Shown here: one piece after another, positions 39,301 through 53,169 of the stretch
Layout of the letters: each line of letters begins with the position of its first letter
How positions within the stretch are numbered: the first letter of the stretch is position 1
Assembly: GCA_965153285.1 (NCBI GenBank)
Contig: OZ229111.1
DNA: 64,000 nucleotides
Source: Podarcis tiliguerta
Lineage: Eukaryota
Strand: one strand, 5' to 3'
Notes under the pieces: model-generated
The model's input: only the letters and a program-made list of their open reading frames with translations
What the model was told of the DNA's origin: nothing
Database searches by the model: none
Program-made: the position numbers and the translations under genes

Positions 39301-42300
39301 AGCATCTTAAAATCTATGGATGGTATTGTTGCCAGGTTTTGACATGCTTAAGACGAAGGATGGTACCTCATCCTATTAGCACAATTATTTCCACTTTTAC
39401 AACAGGACTCTCCCTACCCCAACCTCCCCAAAGAGAGCCTGCCCACAGGCTTACAATTTAGAGGTACACAACACAAAAGGGAAACAGACTGGGTGGGAGG
39501 AAGAAAAAACAAACTCAAGTATAAATTCTTCATTTCAAATTCTTCCAGTGGGCAGCTGGAGTGGAAATCTTCACGAACAGGTGCCAGAATTGCTGGTCTC
39601 TCAGCTGCTCAGATGATATGGCCCTGCATTCCTCCTCCCCCACTGTTGGATGTTAATGGCTGCTGCTAAGTGAGCTGAAGGAAGCAGCCTAGCTTCTCAG
39701 CAGAGTTGGTAGCGGCCCTGAATCCCTGCACCACTACTTCCCCCCACCCAGTGCAGCCTGCTGCCAGATATTAATTATATTGCATTTTGTTACACAATAC
39801 TTTGTTCATTCTTTTGAGGGTCTTTGGCCAGAAAAAACAGGATAGGAATAAATATTAACACACAATAGCATAGCCACAAGGGAGGCCCGGATCTCTGCCT
39901 GCAGAAAGATTAACTCAACTTTTCCTTTTCATCTGTAATTTTTGAGAACCTGGTATATATTGGGATCACACTCTAAATTAATTCTGGCATTCTCCACCTA
40001 TGGCCTCAGATGCAAATAGCTGACTACAACTTTCATTCTGCATGTAAGTCAAGAAATCCGAGGGTAAATAAAATACCTTCAGTTGGTTCTCAAAGAGAGC
40101 TTGGGCTTCTTCCTTCATTGATTCTGGAAGGGGGGAAAAGTGGAAAAAAAATTAACTCCAATAATTTCAGGCAGTCAGATACAAGCCTCCCTCCCTAGCA
40201 GTGTCACAACCAGTTCCCCCTTCCCCAGCAAGCCAGTCAGGTTACCTGAAAGCTCATATTTGTGGTGAAGATCTGCTTGTGAGGAATCTTCACTTGCACT
40301 TGGAGCATGTGGGGAGGAAGTATCATCATCAGGGGGAAGCTAGAAAGAAAAGAATGGCCTAACATGAGCAACAGGACCAGCTTCCTACACAACTCAGCAT
40401 TAAGTCCTATTTTATACCACCAGGACTCTAAAGGCAGACAGCAATTGAACAACAAAACAGCTGCATCCACAGCAAAGCTCTGCATACCCGAGCAAGTGGC
40501 TCCCCAAGGATCTAACATATGGCCAAAACTGTGTGTATACTATAGCCCCACAAGTGCAAAGAAATGGAGAATGAAGTGCTCAGCTGACTGTGAATCCAGA
40601 TTTCAATGATAAAGAAAGGGTGACTGCACAATATACTTGCTGGGTAATGTCTTCCAAGTGACAGGGATAGTTGAAGAACATTCCCGAGGGACTGGGGACG
40701 GGGATTCAGTACTCACTGCCACTCCCTTCTGGCTAGCAAAACAAGAATACCCATAACCCCTGCCCCAATTTCAGCAATTTGCATAATCTATACAGGCCAG
40801 ATTTTTATTTGGGGTAAATCTAAGAATACCCAAGCACAGATTTCAGAGAGTGACTACAGTTTGTTTGTCAAGTCAGTTTGGCTAACAAACAAATTTGCTT
40901 GTTACTGTGCACTAAGCATAAGTCTGAAAAACAGCTTCAAGCTAGGGGCTCTCTCTCTCCTCCCATACCTCATCTATCAACCGATTCCCCATTCATGTTA
41001 TATCCAAGAAGCCTCTTCATCGATTTACCTCTGTCTTCACTGTGCCATGATCCATTTCAACCTTTGAGGATTCCATCTCCATTTCAGAGCACTCCAGACC
41101 AGCAGCCCGTGTCTCTTCATCTTCAGGGGCTTCACTTGTTCTGGTTGCTAGTGCAGAAGCTTCCTCGGGGCTCAGATGAATCTGTCCCTGCTCAGAAGGT
41201 TCCGTCTTTATTTCTGTTCCCAGATCCCCAATGCTCATCAGATCTCTGATCCCCTTAGTCTCTGATTCCTCACAGTCTGGTCTCTCCTGCTTTACAGTCA
41301 CAGCCATTGGGGGGATCTGACTCTGCTTCTCGTGCTCCTGTTGGATTGGGTGCTCTCGTTGGAGTGGGTGCTCCCAGGGGTCAGTCAGTGACTGAGGATC
41401 CTCAATCTCATCACAGAAAGCCTCTACTGCTGCTACATCCAGGACTTCAGAATGGTCGTCCACCTTTACCAACAGAGATACAGGCAACAATCAGAGGCCA
41501 TAAGAACAATGGAGATGTAAAGAAAGTCCTTGCACTATCCCATCTATTCAACAGGCTAGGGTGCCAAACACAAGGGGAGAGTAGAGGTCTAGTTCACATG
41601 TTGCATTAAAACAGTAACTTAAACAATATGAATGAGCAGCATGCGACTACATGCTGCTAAAATTGTGGATGCCTCATGACTCTCCAGTTGTGCTGAGCCA
41701 GGGTATACCTTGTAGTGTCACCTGAACCCAGCAAGGTTTAACCCTTGTTTAAAACAAATGAAATTTATTTTAACTATGATTTCATGTGATATGATTTCAT
41801 GTGAGAGGCATGACCAAGCCTCTAGATAATTTTACCTTGTCTTCAATGATAGCTATGATGTCCCCAACAGTCTCAAAGTCCAGTTCTTCCCCCGTGTAGG
41901 AAACTGCAATGTCCATCTTCTCAGCCAGATCTAGGTCTTCCTTCCCATCAATGCTGTGGTCTTTGGAAGTCCCTACAGCACCAGATGCCCCAGAGCCCAG
42001 GCAATCTTTCTTGATGGAATCAATGATCATGGAAATCTCACTGCTGTCCATTGACACTGTCACAGTGTGAGGATCAGGCACTGCCTCCATGGAAACACAG
42101 GTGTTGGGCTGACTCACTGGACAAGAGTGACAAGTCAAGTGAAAGCCTGGCAGCTGCAGCAACCAGCAGCATGGGTCAGATCAAGAAAACCAAATACATT
42201 CTACAGCCCCAAATAAAGGCACATGCAGGCTGATGGCCCCTATTTTCCCCACCCTCCCAAATGATAAGAGTCAGAGCAGGAGCCATCACTTAGCATCAGA

Positions 42301-45300
42301 GTCTAGCTCTATCCCGCTCGCTCGCTAACTTCACCCCCGATCATCTTTCCTTTATCAGTTCCTGCACCCTGCCTGAAACACAAGGGGGACTCTTCTCAAC
42401 AACCTTGGGCCTCTGGCACAATGAATCCCAAAATCAACCACCCGGCTACAGATTTTAGAGACACCCACAGCCCACATCCACATAGACCTTCTACTGAATC
42501 TAAGAGGGAAAGTCTTCTGCAAGGTATGGAAGGTATGGACGGGCATACGAGTGCAAGGACGCACCTGTCGCTACACTTTCGGGAGTTGCAGCGGGTGGCA
42601 CGGCAGCTGGTGCTTGTAGCGTGGGCACCATGACTAGAGTTGCCTGAGACACGGACTCTACAGGGGGAGGCAGGAGTTTGCCTGGAGGTTCACTGGCAAC
42701 AGCAGAAAAGGAAGCAAGCGATGTGGTGAATTGCGCTGGACCAGCTTCTAAAAGGCGGGAAAGTGTAGGAGCACCTAACAAAAGTGTGAAGAAGGGGGAA
42801 AGCACATTAGCCAAGAAGCTACAGAATACTACAGAGCAAGCAATCCTTGGGCTCTTGACCAGCTCATGCCCACCAGGGTTGCACACGCCGACACAAGTCA
42901 CAAAACGGATCACAGAGAGCTGTCCTGGGAGTCACTTAGCAGGGCTCAGGAGCATATACAAGCAAGGATCAATGTGTGCTTTTAAAAGAGGAAAGGCAGC
43001 ATTTTATACCACTAGAAGAAATCCTAATCTGGGGCAAAAAACCACGTTTTCGTACACTGAACAAATCATAGGAGGTTTTCATAGCTTTCCCTTTAGCTGC
43101 AAAACCTAAATTCAATTTTCAGTATTTAAAGGTGTGCAGAATTCACAATATTTTGGTATAGATGAAATCGGATAGGGAAAGAAGGGAGTGAGCAGGATTC
43201 TGGAGCCATGGGAGCTAGTAAAGTATAAAAGGCCTTTCATGGAAGCTCAACACAAGTCGTCTGCTGAATCCGGAGTGTTTAGCAGACTTGGAGCCCACAT
43301 TTTTTTCCTTATAAGGTTTATCATTGTGAGAATGATCTTTTTAAAAAAAGGAGGACCAAGCTAGGAAGGCAATTCGGCATCAATCAAGATCTTATGTCAT
43401 GTAGCAGGGCTGGAGCAGACAAAGTCTGATGCAGAACTCTGAAGCCAAGTCTGTATATGCACCATGTTAACAGTGCTCTGGAAATATTTGGACCAAGAGA
43501 AGGTGAATTCTGCAACCAATATAGAATACATCGCTTCCCCAACACCTGCATTTTCCTCAGGAATCACACTTTTAACATTGTTTTAAAATGGGCCAGAAAA
43601 CTACTTTTTTTAAAAGTTGAAATTCTCAGGGTACTTTGTGCTGCACTTGGCACCAATCTTTATGTTTGTATTATCCTTTTGCATCTACAAGGGGTGAGAA
43701 ATTGGATCACACTGGAGAGCTGGATCCAAAAGTGGCTGAGCCTCCTTGGGTTAATTAGCTGATGTCATAGGACATTACATGACAAACTTCAAACGCCGGC
43801 TCCAACAGAAGATTCAGGAATATATTCACACTTTTTCTCCTCTTATTATTATTATGATTAAACTTTTCCTGCTTGAACTTTCCTGCACTTGATGCCATAA
43901 GATGTCAAAACAAGGGGGAAATATTATTTATGAAATCTGTATACAACCCTATACCTATAGATCTCAACCTAGTGGGCTAACTGCTGAGGTCTAGCAGACC
44001 TAATTAGGTTCCCCACCACCAGCCTACCATTAGGTGCTTAACAATGAGGGCAGGAGAGAGGTAGGGAAGGAGGGAGGAAAGGGGGAGCAGGGGAAAAGGA
44101 CACACTATGGCTCAGATAAAAGTCTCAAGCTATCAGTTAAATACATACAAAAGTGCATTAAAAAAATCCTTCCAGTAGCACCTTAAAGACCAACTAAGTT
44201 TGTTCTTGGTATGAGCTTTCGTGTACATGCACACTTCTTCGGATACTATGCACACGAAAGCTCATACCAAGAACAAACATACCAAAAGAATGGAGGAAGT
44301 GGAAAGGAACATTAAGCTAAACATGAGATTAAGGGGAAGTAAGCGAACAAAGTGATTTAAGGAAGAGAATCAAGGCAATAACATTCATAACACAAAGTAA
44401 CATGATCAAACATCACACAAAGCCCCGACACATACAAGCAAAGCTTTGACGAAAGGCTTTGCCATGCAAATTACATATTTGGTCTTCCAAGGTCTCAGCT
44501 TTCATAGAATATGTTCTTGATTTATTCACATTATTTGAAACAGGACATCCCCTGCTGTTCTCAACACAAATGGTAGACCAAAAATTACACACTGTAGCAG
44601 TGGATATCTTCTGAAGCCCCTTCCAACTCTAGGATACTAATGCAGAAGAGAGAAAAACACAACAATAGCAGAATAGGCCTACCTGAAGCAGCAGGAGATG
44701 CAGGAACAGTAGTTGAAGCTGACTGTATTTCTCCACCGTGCAGCCCGGGAAGAACCCCTCCCACTTCCAGGAGGAGACCAGAGCTGCTTGTGTGACCAGA
44801 AACTACTGTCATGTCGCTCTCACCCACCTGCCAAAGGATATTCACATACTAAAAACCAATACACAGACTCTCCCACTGCTATCCACATACAACGAGGTCT
44901 TGCCTGAACTACCAATAAAACTAATTCAGGTTCTTGCAGCTGGCTCCGTCAAGGTGCTCCGGCTGCTCCCGTGTAGCATTTAAGCAAGGAGCCAGCAACA
45001 TGGATAAAGTCAATCAAGTAAATAAAGTCAATCAAGTACAGAGGCAAGGAAAATCCAAAACAAAAAAACTCCCTCATTCTCATCCAAAGAAATAACACTC
45101 TGTACAGAGTCTTGATTTTTTTCCAAGCCCACCTCCCCAATATAATCAATGCTAAAAACACAAAGTGAAACACTATGTACTAAAAAGTCACAGGAGAGAA
45201 GGAAAAAATAACCAAGGTGTATATGAAGCAAAGATTACATTGCATAGATGGTCACACACAGCCCAGATGACCTTACTCATATGAAGGGATCCCCATATGG

Positions 45301-48300
45301 CTGCAAATCCTCCCATTCCACACAGTGTCCATTCCACCTGCCCATGGACACTCACCAATGGTGAAAGAAGATAGACTTTATGGGACAGATGGGAATGCTG
45401 TGGCCCTCTGGGGATTATTGGACTAGAATTCCCATCAGCCCAAACACAAGTGGCCATGTGTCTGGGGCTGATGTGGGTTGGAGTCCAACATGTGGAGGGC
45501 TACAGTTTCTTCACACACCCCTGCTCTTTGGGGCTCCCGCCACATGCAGGCAGTGAACAAGCTCTAAATATATTAAGAGAGCAAAACAAAATACATTATG
45601 GCTGCCATCCCATACACACTTACCTGGGTGCATGGAATTGCAATGCAAAAATACAAATTATTGTGTGATTGTGTGAGGTTTCCTAAAGTTATTGAACTAA
45701 ATCATGCCTAGTTTGTCATAAGATGTTGTAAACCATCTAAAAGTCTTTTTTGTTCTGGTAAATGGTATACAATTTCTGTTACATAAAATAGTTTCTCTCT
45801 CTCTGTGTGTGTGTGTACGTACACACACACAGTTTTAATTTCACTGTATGCAGCTTGATTGCCTCCTTCTCCTCTTTTGTAGGCTCAATGTTTGCTTAAA
45901 ATATTTTTATCCCACCTCTCCCATACTTTGAGGTGATTTACAACATATTTAGGACTAAATTATTAAACAAACCACACTAAAAATAAGTCCAGTGAGTGAT
46001 CAGGAAGCAGTTAATGTTGAAGCACTGGAGGCTAACCATTGTGGTTCTGATCAAATCCCTTGGATGAGAAATCACTGGGAGCCCCGTGTTAGAACAACAT
46101 ATTAAGTATAATAAATATTTTTTTAAAGAAACAACCAATCTCCATTTAGAACAATTTTTTAAAAAAAGCAATAAAAATCCCAACCAATCTGCAACTGCAT
46201 TTCCTTAATACCGCTGTGTATGGTCTTCAACCCTGTTTACTCATGAACTAAAAATTCCCAGTTCAAATGTCATCTTAGTGTTATGAACTCACTTAGGACA
46301 GTCACTCTTCCCCACAGCTGTAACATGCAGATAATAATACTGGCCTGCCATATAGGGTTATCATATAAATGACTAAGATGCTGCATGCGTAGTGCTTTGT
46401 GGAGCTTGGAAAATTTGCTATATAGCAGCCAAAATTAACATGTGGCATTTAAGGCCTATCTAAGCTTCCCCCTTTGAAAAATGCTTGGGCCTTTTGCCCT
46501 TTCCAGTGAAAGTCAGTCACAGAGATTCACCAGGACTATTGCATATGTAAGCAGGGAACTCCATACCAGCCTGGGGCTTGTGGGCAGGAGGCTGCCCTTC
46601 TTCAGCAGCTCTGAAAGCAGAGGAGAAGGAGGCGGAGTTGCTTTCTGTCCTAGCATCTTTTTCTGGGCTGAATCATCTGTGACTGGGGTCATGGGGGCAT
46701 CCAGGGAGGTGGAGCCCATAGGGGTGTCAGGGATCCCAATGAAGGAGGCAACTGGGGTGCTGGGCAATGTCCCTGGAGTTACCTGAGAAAGAGAAAAACC
46801 ACACTGTTCAATGCCACATCCTCATCATCCTGACAAGTCCCAGTCACCCCTCCCACCGGGGCCAATGACCAGGCATACCCCAAGCACCTCCTCCATCACT
46901 CTTGCTCCCCTCAGCCCTTTGTGTACCTCCACCTTTTCAGACCTACACTAGCAGTTACCACCAAAGTGCATTTCAACCTTTTGCCACACAGCACAAAGCA
47001 GGCTTTGTTCTCTGGAAAAGGTTGCATGCAAGCTATCAACATTATAAAAGAAAAAAAGGCGGGGCAAGAAGTCTGGGAAAACTGCAGAGAGACCTATAGG
47101 GTCTCAATGGTTTCTCATTCTTGCCATATCCTTACCCCTGGACTAGCCTCTTCCAACGTGGGTTGAGATAAGTCACCCAGACTGTAGTCTGCTCCTGGCG
47201 AGGTTGAGCCTGCAGGAGAACGGACCATAATTCCTGGAGGTCTTCGTGATGTGTTCTTAACTGCCTGACGAGCTGGAAAATGCCGAAAATTCAGTCAAGA
47301 AGTTCAAAGAATCACCTTGATAGATAAGAAACCTCAGCACAAGATGAAATGATCCCCAAAACACCATCACAAACATTCTTGGTGCTAATGAATTCCTGCC
47401 GTTTCTCCCAGCATAAAGAATCAGAATACGCAACTGGTAGCAAATTCTTCCTCAGTGGCTTATTCATCACTAATCCAGGAAGCTTTCTTACTTCATCTTT
47501 TTCTCTTAGAAGAATCCCTCTGGCATTTTGCCTTCCCTTAGGATTCTTGAACCAAAACCTGGCATCTAATACTGAGGACAGTCTTTGAAGAAGGGAGAGG
47601 CTTCTGAAAATCATAGACTGTCTTCCACTTCACAAATGAAAGACTGAGGAAATCAGGCTGACCCCATCCATCTACCTGTAAGACCTCTTTCTTTGTCTCA
47701 GCTCAGTTGCACCACTAAACATGTTCACCTCCAGGAGTTTGGTTCTATGGGATCAAAAACTGGCTTCCAACTAACCTTGATAAGCAGCATCTGTAGCCTT
47801 TCTCTTCACTTCTGCTTCCTCCTCTTCCATTCTTTTCTTCCTGAAAAAAATAACCAAGTTCAATGTTACACTAGGCTATTGGGTGCAAAACGGAGGTGCT
47901 TCCCATGGATGTGTTAGACAGATATCCCACAGTCCCTAATATAATAAGTAACTGCTCACAATTAAGCCCTGAGGCAGGCTTTTCAGCCAAGACCTTAAAA
48001 ATGTCAGGCCAGATATCAGGACCATTTCCCAAGAATGCCCTCAAAGCTCTACTTCAAAAGCCACAAGGCCTTGCAAGCCATGGGATGAGCGAGAGAAAGT
48101 GAGCAAATGCTACAAAGCTTGGGCAATTGCACCACATGGGATAATGATGCCATAAAACCAAGAGGCGTCAAGTTCAATCATTTCGTTGCAATGCTAAGAA
48201 CTAAATCTGAGGGCTCAGATATGAAGTCCCAGAAAGAAAGAAAAGCTGTAGCAGGGAAATAATAAGATAACCCACACCACAATGTCATTGCACAGTTCCT

Positions 48301-51300
48301 CCAGCCTATGGTCCATGTGCCCTGCCTGGATCAGTTCTGCATCCCTCTTCAGCTGCCTGTAGAGACAACACAGATAGGTTTGATCCACGTTATCATTATT
48401 CACATGCCCTAAAGCAACCAGGGTTTTCAAGAGCTCCAGACTCCCAAAAATCTGATAAGTACCTGTACTTTTCCTGTGTCTCCTTAATCATCTTCTTTAA
48501 CTCCTCAACCCGTTCTGCTGTCAGTTTTCTCACAATTACATCTTCCACAGTTTCTACCACTTCTCCCTTCTCACCACGCTTTCTTCTACACAAAAAAGGA
48601 AAAAACAATGTAGCAACCAGTAATGGCTTTCAATCTTCCCATACACAGCACCTTTTGCCCTCACATATCCCACCTTATTCTTCCTTGTTCCAATTATCTC
48701 TTTCCCATTTTTGCTATTCTGCAACTCAGTGGAAATGCAATCTTAAAAAGATCACTACAGCCTAAGTATCAGCCAGCCACTTTGGAAATTTGTATGGGAA
48801 ATTGCAAGAAGCCTACCTTCCCAAACATTGTACATTGTACCATTTATAGGGACTGAAACATAAATAAAACAGAACAAATGATTCAGTCACAAGACACAAT
48901 AACATATATGAAAAAGTGTTTGGCTTCTAAAGCTGAGTGACTTTTGCAGATTTAAACATCCTACTGCTCTTTCCCAGGGAATGATGTCGAACTGACCCCC
49001 AAGTAAAGCACAGGTTACAAAAATATGAGAAACACATCTACAGTACTCCCCAAACCAGAACGCAGCATTCTGGAGGTGGTCAGAAGAGCCTGAGCTAATC
49101 CAGAATCCACTTGATTCCAAGCTGGCCTCATTGCTGTCATTTGATGGCAATGGGCCTGATTGCTCCGGCAGCATTCTGTCTACCCCCCACCTGGCCAGCA
49201 TGAGCTATGGGTCTGGATGGAGCTAGATGAGACTGTGGCTGTGCCCTTCTTTCATGTTTTGTGACTGCCCAGCCAGGGTTTGGATTGTTCTGCCAGTGCA
49301 TTATCTTTCTTTGTAACCAAATAATTTAGCTTAGGGTAAAGTATGCAAGTTACTATAATTTCTGGGAGCCAGACTTAAAAAGAAAGATGGTCAGGAAGCA
49401 GCGTTTCAGGTACTTTCGTATGCTGTGTTCAAACTTGTCATTCCTCTTCAGTTCTCTAATAGTCTATAACGCAGTAGTTTACTATTACACAGTATCTTCC
49501 TTGCAATGTGAAGTCCTGCCCTGTCCCACCCCACTCAAAGAGGTGGTTTGGCCTTTGAACTCACTTTGGGGTCTCTGTGGTCTCCAGAAGCTCAGAATAT
49601 TGTGATGCACAATGCTAAAAAAAAAGATAATAAAAGTGCATACAGATTTCAGAAGATAAATCACAACAGACAGCACTAAGAATCTGAGTTGAGACAAAAA
49701 CTTGGGGTAGTTTATATAACACACATTCCACATATTAAAGCTGTTTCCAGATATGTGGGCTAGGAAGTGTACTTTCCTGGGAAACGATTTTAAGCATGTT
49801 TTACACATTTAACATGCAATAGATCCTTACAGGGAGTCCCCTGAACAGGTATTCCCCATAGGTGAAATGAAAGCCTATTATGATGTGAAATTTAAGCACC
49901 CTACCTTTTGGGAAAACCAATCAGGTGGGCGGCCTGGCTCTGCAAAGGGTTTGATGGCTCTGCTGACAGACACCCTAGAGAAAAAGAAGAAAGTTTCAAG
50001 ATCTTCCCTCCTTTGCTGGGCAAAATATAGTGGGGAAGGTTTGGTCACCAGTTGATTGGACTGGGGAAACTTTGACCCACAGATAATGCAATACTTTCTG
50101 AAAATGACTATGTTACATTGTGCCCCATAACTAGAGCTCATTTTAAGTAACCCTCCTCCCCCACATTGTGGTAGTTAGAGTGCCTATGTGAAGGTCCACA
50201 AAAATTGGGGGAAACTTTCCTTCATTCCCCACTTCTTTTCAGAAAAAAACAGGTCTATTCCACACACACCCGCCAAATCTCCTATGCTCTTCTGTGTTAG
50301 TGTAACTTAGAAAAAAATGGGTGAAATTGCACCAAGTGCTTGGGCCATGTTTTGATAAACCCATCTCCCACATTTGGATTTTGTTTAAAGAAAAACCCAG
50401 CAGCAGGTGGGTGGTTAGAAACAGTCAAAGGTCAAAGGCCCATAGCACATTTTATCCCCTCCCCTTTCTCTAGGAATGTGTGTATGTGCAGTGGTAGTTA
50501 TAAAGCCAAGGCTGGATTCAGCAGCATTTGCATGAGTGTGAGCTTTTATCATCTTGGTGGATGTTACATGCTGTATGGTAAAGTATAGCATGGTGAGATA
50601 GCATGGTAAAGTGCTAGTGGATCTGTCTGCAAACTTGGATCATTACTAGGTTTATCTCTAAGATCAGAGAACTGCTTTGTAGTTAATAAGTTCATGATGT
50701 AGCAGCATCTCTTAAAGTTTACGTAAGTAATGTGCCTATGCTTGTCTTGTGCTGTGAGACAATAAACACTTTATACTTTGAACTGAACTGTGTGAGAAAG
50801 GAGTTTTCTTAACAGGGAACTCTGGAAAATACTGACTACTGGAAGAGGACTTTGAAGTTCTGCTGGACGACTCTGCTGGAGCTGTGCATACTCTGCTCAG
50901 ATGGTGGGCCCAATATAACAGGTTATGGGCCAACTGACTTCTACAAGTCTAACCACCTGTAGCCCATATTTGGAGCTAGAAAGAGTGGTTGATTTTGCTG
51001 ATGTGCAGCTAAGATACCACCACCACCCTGCCTTGTAGGTTTTGTACTTACAGTTCCATGACTGGAAGGATGATGCTAAATACACTTGCAAGAGGATAAC
51101 AGAACACTGGCAAGCAGAAACGTGAAAGCCTCCTGAACTATTAACAGCTTGCCAGAAAACTACCTGCAGTTCAGCTCTGAGACCCTTAGAGATATTCACA
51201 TAGTCCCCAAGAACAGCTTCCCCCATCTTGAACCTCTTCATCCTTCTAAATCAGTTTTTCATTGGAAGCCCAAATTATCCAGTTGTCAGTATTACTATTT

Positions 51301-52926
51301 GGTATTAACAATCATCTGAACTACTACTACATATGAATAACGACACAGTGCAGATGTAGATACCTGCTCAATTTTCTATTAAAGCCCATTTCCTAAACCA
51401 TTTCTCCCCTTTTTTCACCAACGTATATTGTTGATTATATATTTAGAATTATATTTTGAAATTATCTGACATTATTAGCATAGTTGACTACGTAATATGT
51501 AGCTGGGTTATATGTTCAAGCTCATTGCTAATGTTTAGAAAATCCCTTCTCAGTAGGTTTTTGGTATGCTTCCTAGTCTTGCGATCCTACAATTCTGTTT
51601 TTAACAATTTTTCCAACACATGCAAAGTTAGGATCACAAAGGGCATTCAATTACTTCTTGTGTTTGGAATAAGAGCCACCACAAATCAATTGAGGGTTCT
51701 TTATGAAATATGTAATACAGTTAAACAATATGCATTCAAATATGCATTTAAAGCCCTAAATGGCCTCGGCCCAGTATACCTGAAGGAGTGTCTCCACCCC
51801 CATTGTTCTGCCCGGATGCTGAGGTCCAGTGCCGAGGGCCTTCTGGTTCCCTCATTGCGAGAAGCAAAGCCCTCCCATCAGATGTCAAAGAGATCTACCT
51901 GACAACTACCTGACATTCAGAAGACATCTGAAGGCAGCCCTGTTCAGGGAAGTTTTTAATGTGTGACATTTTAATGTATTTTTAATCTTTGTTGGAAGCC
52001 GCCCAGAGTAGCTGGGGAAACCCAGCCAGATGGGCGGGGTACAAATAAATTAATTATTAATTATTATTATTATTATTATTATTAAACTATGTTCCAGTTT
52101 CTTACCAGTTTTGGTCTCCACTCCGCATGACCGAAGAAGCCAAGCAAAGTTTTTCCCGGATAGACCATGGCTCTGTAGGCCCAGCACTCAGCAACTTGTG
52201 CTCTGATGTGGAAAAAGATAAACATTACGGTGTTGCAACATGCCCACATAGTTAAAAAGAACCCTCAAACTAAATTAAATCTATCTCAATCCGTGCTGCT
52301 TTTAAAAGTTTGGTTTTCAAGCCCCTACACCCTCCATGCCCCACGCCCCAAAAGCCACACTAAAAGTCAATTCAATGAAAGTCTACTGGTAACAACTCAG
52401 TGTCAGAGAATATATGTTGCATGCAAAAAGTCACAGGGCTAATTTCCTGTTAACCTCAGGAAACATTTCCATCTGAAACCCTGAAGAGGTGCCTTCATTT
52501 AGTGGTAGGGAAGATTCCTGTCTGAAGCCCTAGAAAGTCACTGCTAGTCAGTATGAACAAATAAGTCGTTTGTCTGGCTAAGCATAAGGCTTTTTACTAC
52601 CCAGAGTCGGCCACGACTGGACCTAATGGTCAGGGGTCCCTTTACCTTTACCTTATGCTGTTATTCCTGGGTACCTCAGCTAAAGAGAAAACTGACCTGT
52701 CATCGGAGGCCTTTTAGACAAGCCACCTCCCAACCAGCCCTTCTTAAAGTCATGATAAAAGTTGCCTGACACCTGGCACAACAAACGAAGCTTCGCTCAA
52801 CCAAGAAACAGGCATCCTTCTCTAGTTTTTTTTTTTTATGGCGGGGCCAACCCTAGCTCCCCTCTCCGCGCCAGCCCCTCCTTCCCCAAAGAAAGACCCC
52901 CACTCACTACCCGTCCCCGCCGCCAT
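33365..52926 (-). CDS. BRD8: Bromodomain-containing protein 8 (NuA4/TIP60-p400 subunit), single-bromodomain isoform, 22 exons, ~941 aa
   Basis: Exons 52926-52908, 52202-52106, 49974-49905, 49614-49565, 48585-48463, 48356-48276, 47840-47776, 47272-47136, 46782-46567, 44827-44683, 42774-42565, 42116-41836, 41463-41029, 40339-40246, 40123-40077, 38883-38678 (alternative in-frame acceptor possible at 38925), 38298-38206, 36936-36868, 36601-36424, 36126-36022, 34770-34726 and 33424-33365 total 2826 nt. Protein: MAAGTGKHKLLSAGPTEPWSIREKLCLASSVMRSGDQNW...bromodomain (YANVFLQPVTDDIAPGYHSIVQRPMDLSTIKKNIENG...FQNAVMYN)...DGGTRGRRCAIEADMKMKK*. Confidence 0.96.
44168..44278. mobile_element. Penelope-like element terminal remnant in inverted arrangement, with a minimal hammerhead motif
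   Basis: 31-bp inverted repeat 44198-44228 / 44248-44278 with one mismatch. Minus strand 44246-44209 reads GTAT-CCGAAGA-AGTGTGCATGTACAC-GAAA-GCTC-ATAC. Confidence 0.7.
45004..45038 (+). repeat. 18-bp tandem duplication
   Basis: ATAAAGTCAATCAAGTAA ATAAAGTCAATCAAGTA. Confidence 0.9.
50470..50931 (+). mobile_element. Ty1/copia-type LTR relic plus primer-binding site
   Basis: AATAAA at 50761, LTR-like end ...TAACA at 50920, immediately followed by GGTTATGGGCC. The 5' boundary is approximate. Confidence 0.6.
51742..52083 (+). mobile_element. 5'-truncated L2-clade LINE 3' end with (TAT)n tail
   Basis: Reads FKALNGLGPVYLKECLHPHCSARMLRSSAEGLL with an internal deletion. The tail ends about 20 nt from the BRD8 exon 2 donor. 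Confidence 0.85.
52600..52655 (+). mobile_element. Sauria SINE 3' fragment
   Basis: CCCAGAGTCGGCCACGACTGGACCTAATGGTCAGGGGTCCCTTTACCTTTACC closely matches the 3' end of the 23509-23860 copy. Confidence 0.8.
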
Positions 52927-53169
52927 CTTCCCGAAGACACCAACAAGCGCGATGCTTGCTGGGAAACCTGCTCCGAAGAGGAAGGAGAGGGCGGCACTTT
53001 TTCCTAAAAGTCGCTTTTCTATTGGATGATGGCAGAGCCGGCCGGGTGACCGGAAACAAGGTCTTTCCCTCCCCTTGAGCTCTATGGTTGCCTTCCCAGA
53101 GTTCCTTGCTCTGGGAGGGTCAGGAGCGGAAGTGGCCGCACGTGGGTCTGTGTTCTTTCGGCGGCAAAG
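52927..53169. promoter_or_regulatory. Bidirectional CpG-island promoter shared by BRD8 and NHP2
   Basis: Only 243 bp separate the divergent ATGs. Motifs: YY1 AAGATGGCGGC over the BRD8 start codon, ATTGG at 53021-53025, ZNF143-like TTCCCAGAGTTCCTTGC at 53093-53109, ETS GCGGAAGTG at 53126-53134, E-box CACGTG at 53139-53144. Confidence 0.85.

Noticed and set aside
39150-39310. Purine-rich exon-like stretch in a BRD8 intron
   Set aside because: All three minus-strand frames hit stops soon after the candidate acceptor, and the flanking exons already join in frame.
38884-40076. Possible U12-type intron (GTAT donor, CTTAAT branch-like sequence)
   Set aside because: The donor is GTATTTTA, not GTATCCTT, so it is treated as an ordinary U2 intron.
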